From NCBI GenBank assembly GCA_963845145.1, contig CAWJQU010000004.1, positions 384,001 through 448,000 of the forward strand: a stretch of 64,000 nucleotides of DNA, in the 5' to 3' direction. Positions 62,628-64,000 of this stretch are shown here, one piece after another; within the stretch, counting starts at the first letter, position 1, and every line of letters begins with the position of its first letter. The notes beneath the pieces are model-generated. The model made no database searches. It was not told the origin of the DNA and worked only from the letters and a program-made list of their open reading frames with translations. This DNA is from an uncultured delta proteobacterium. Its GTDB lineage: Bacteria > Desulfobacterota > Desulfobacteria > Desulfobacterales > QNYZ01. A program made the position numbers and the translations under genes.

Positions 62628-64000
62628 ATGAGTAAGCGTATCTATTTTAGGCATGGTATTGTGGAATTAGAGGAGCTGTTTGCCTCAAATAAGACTCAAT
62701 TAATGGTTCTAAAAAACTTAAAAACCGAGCTTTTACACCGTAAAACAGCACGGGCAGGGCAACTTTTGGTAGAGGTTAAAAAAGCCTTACGTTGCTTTAA
62801 TGATGAACCAACCCGTCCGACAGTTGTTACGACGCAACCACCTAATGCCACACAAGAGCCACAACTATGTCCTTCAGCGCAAAAAAAAACGCAAACAGGG
62901 GTAATTGGGGCGCCTAACAACACCCCAAGCCCGTCTTATGTGGATAAAACAACGAAGGATATTGATTGGGATGAAGAGATCGAAAAGCTAGTGCAAAACG
63001 CCACCCATCAGACCGCTGCCACAAACCCCATCAAGACTATTGACAACAAACCCGAAAGCTTACTTGATACGTGGACCATTATTGAGGCGCTTTCACCGCA
63101 GTCATATCTAAAGGCGAACGATTTAGTTATTGGGCAGGGAGAGGTGGCTCCAATAAGTGCGAAAAGTTTACCTTGGCCTTATAGTAAGTCAAGATCCGGT
63201 TGTAAGCTGTTCTATACGATTTATTTAGGGGCCTTGGATTTGGCCGCTTGTACGAAAGATTTATTAGAAATTTACCAAGACGACCGTGAAGAAAGGCCCA
63301 ATGTGCAAGGGCATGCAGCTTTAGCGGCAGTAATTGTGGGCAAAAACGGTGAGCCAATCGGAGAGGATGGTATAGCCATTTCAAGTTTTGGTTGGGCATA
63401 TTCGAGGGCGTTATCAGGAAATTTAGATGATCTGAAGTATTGGGATATAGCCGAGAAAAGGTTGCTGGAACAGCTAACAAAGATATTTGACCGCCGTGAT
63501 GATAATGGTAAATTAATGCCCGTTGATTGGACCGTTATCCTGAATGCACACAATTGGCTGGTTAAAAATTGTGCGATTCCACAGCGGGTGATGAAAGCGC
63601 CTGAGTTTGTGATTAAACGATTTGCACCTTTTAGCATTGGGGTGCCCGAAGCTCCCTTATTGAATAGTTTTTATTTGGCAGATTTGCAAAGCGCGAAAGC
63701 ACTAGTGCAAAACAAAAGCGCTGGCTTAGCGCTACGGCAGTATTTAGGCATTGATGTGCCTGACGAGCAATACGACTTGCTGGAGGATAACGAGCAGCTT
63801 AAGGAAATATTAGAACCAAATAACATACCCCTAGGGCGTTGGCCTGTTAAGGGGCGTTACCCTTTGGTGCTATTGCAGCAGGCTGCAGTAAACATCGCAA
63901 AACGAGATTTGAAAAGTGCTGGCTTGTTTTCGGTAAATGGCCCGCCTGGCACAGGAAAAACCACTTTGTTGCGTGATATCGTAGCCGAAGTTGTGGTGAA
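62628..64000 (+). CDS. Superfamily 1 (DNA2/NAM7-like) helicase, 3' truncated by window edge; absent from ORF track
   Basis: Frame from ATG 62628 (RBS GAGG) is consistent with the end of the window; WTIIEALSP, LLNSFYLADL, GRWP, QQAAVN, SVNGPPGTGKTTLLRDIVA. Confidence 0.85.
   Translation, partial: MSKRIYFRHGIVELEELFASNKTQLMVLKNLKTELLHRKTARAGQLLVEVKKALRCFNDEPTRPTVVTTQPPNATQEPQLCPSAQKKTQTGVIGAPNNTPSPSYVDKTTKDIDWDEEIEKLVQNATHQTAATNPIKTIDNKPESLLDTWTIIEALSPQSYLKANDLVIGQGEVAPISAKSLPWPYSKSRSGCKLFYTIYLGALDLAACTKDLLEIYQDDREERPNVQGHAALAAVIVGKNGEPIGEDGIAISSFGWAYSRALSGNLDDLKYWDIAEKRLLEQLTKIFDRRDDNGKLMPVDWTVILNAHNWLVKNCAIPQRVMKAPEFVIKRFAPFSIGVPEAPLLNSFYLADLQSAKALVQNKSAGLALRQYLGIDVPDEQYDLLEDNEQLKEILEPNNIPLGRWPVKGRYPLVLLQQAAVNIAKRDLKSAGLFSVNGPPGTGKTTLLRDIVAEVVV

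Overview
Bacterial chromosomal segment whose gene content resembles an anaerobic sulfate reducer (Desulfobacterales-like; inferred). From 1 to 36 kb it is mostly housekeeping, signalling and transport genes (acetoacetate-CoA ligase, RecD2, hybrid kinase/HDOD, cytochromes, DEAD helicase, arsR-arsM, an RND pump, ilvN, cobO). The main result is a ~23 kb cluster at 36.4-59.2 kb. It holds a corrinoid methyl-transfer core (MtrH-like protein, two MtaA/URO-D-family methyltransferases, corrinoid protein, ASKHA/RACE activator). Around the core are four paralogous [C/U]xxCxYM thioredoxin-fold proteins, a thioredoxin reductase, two COG0523 GTPases, a hinge-less mini-SMC ATPase, a TIGR03905-like/metallophosphoesterase fusion, and a V4R-V4R-kinase-NarL regulatory set. 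Three of its promoter regions share near-identical boxes. The ORF track truncates, splits or misses five probable selenoproteins. Their six in-frame UGA codons fall at Cys-type motif positions and are each followed by a SECIS-like hairpin. One of them is an MtaA-family methyltransferase with Sec at the conserved PGC Zn-ligand position. The window ends in toxin-antitoxin modules, a DUF1638 gene with a duplicated fragment, and a partial superfamily-1 helicase. Several single-base frameshifts may be assembly errors. All family assignments come from motif recognition, not database searches.
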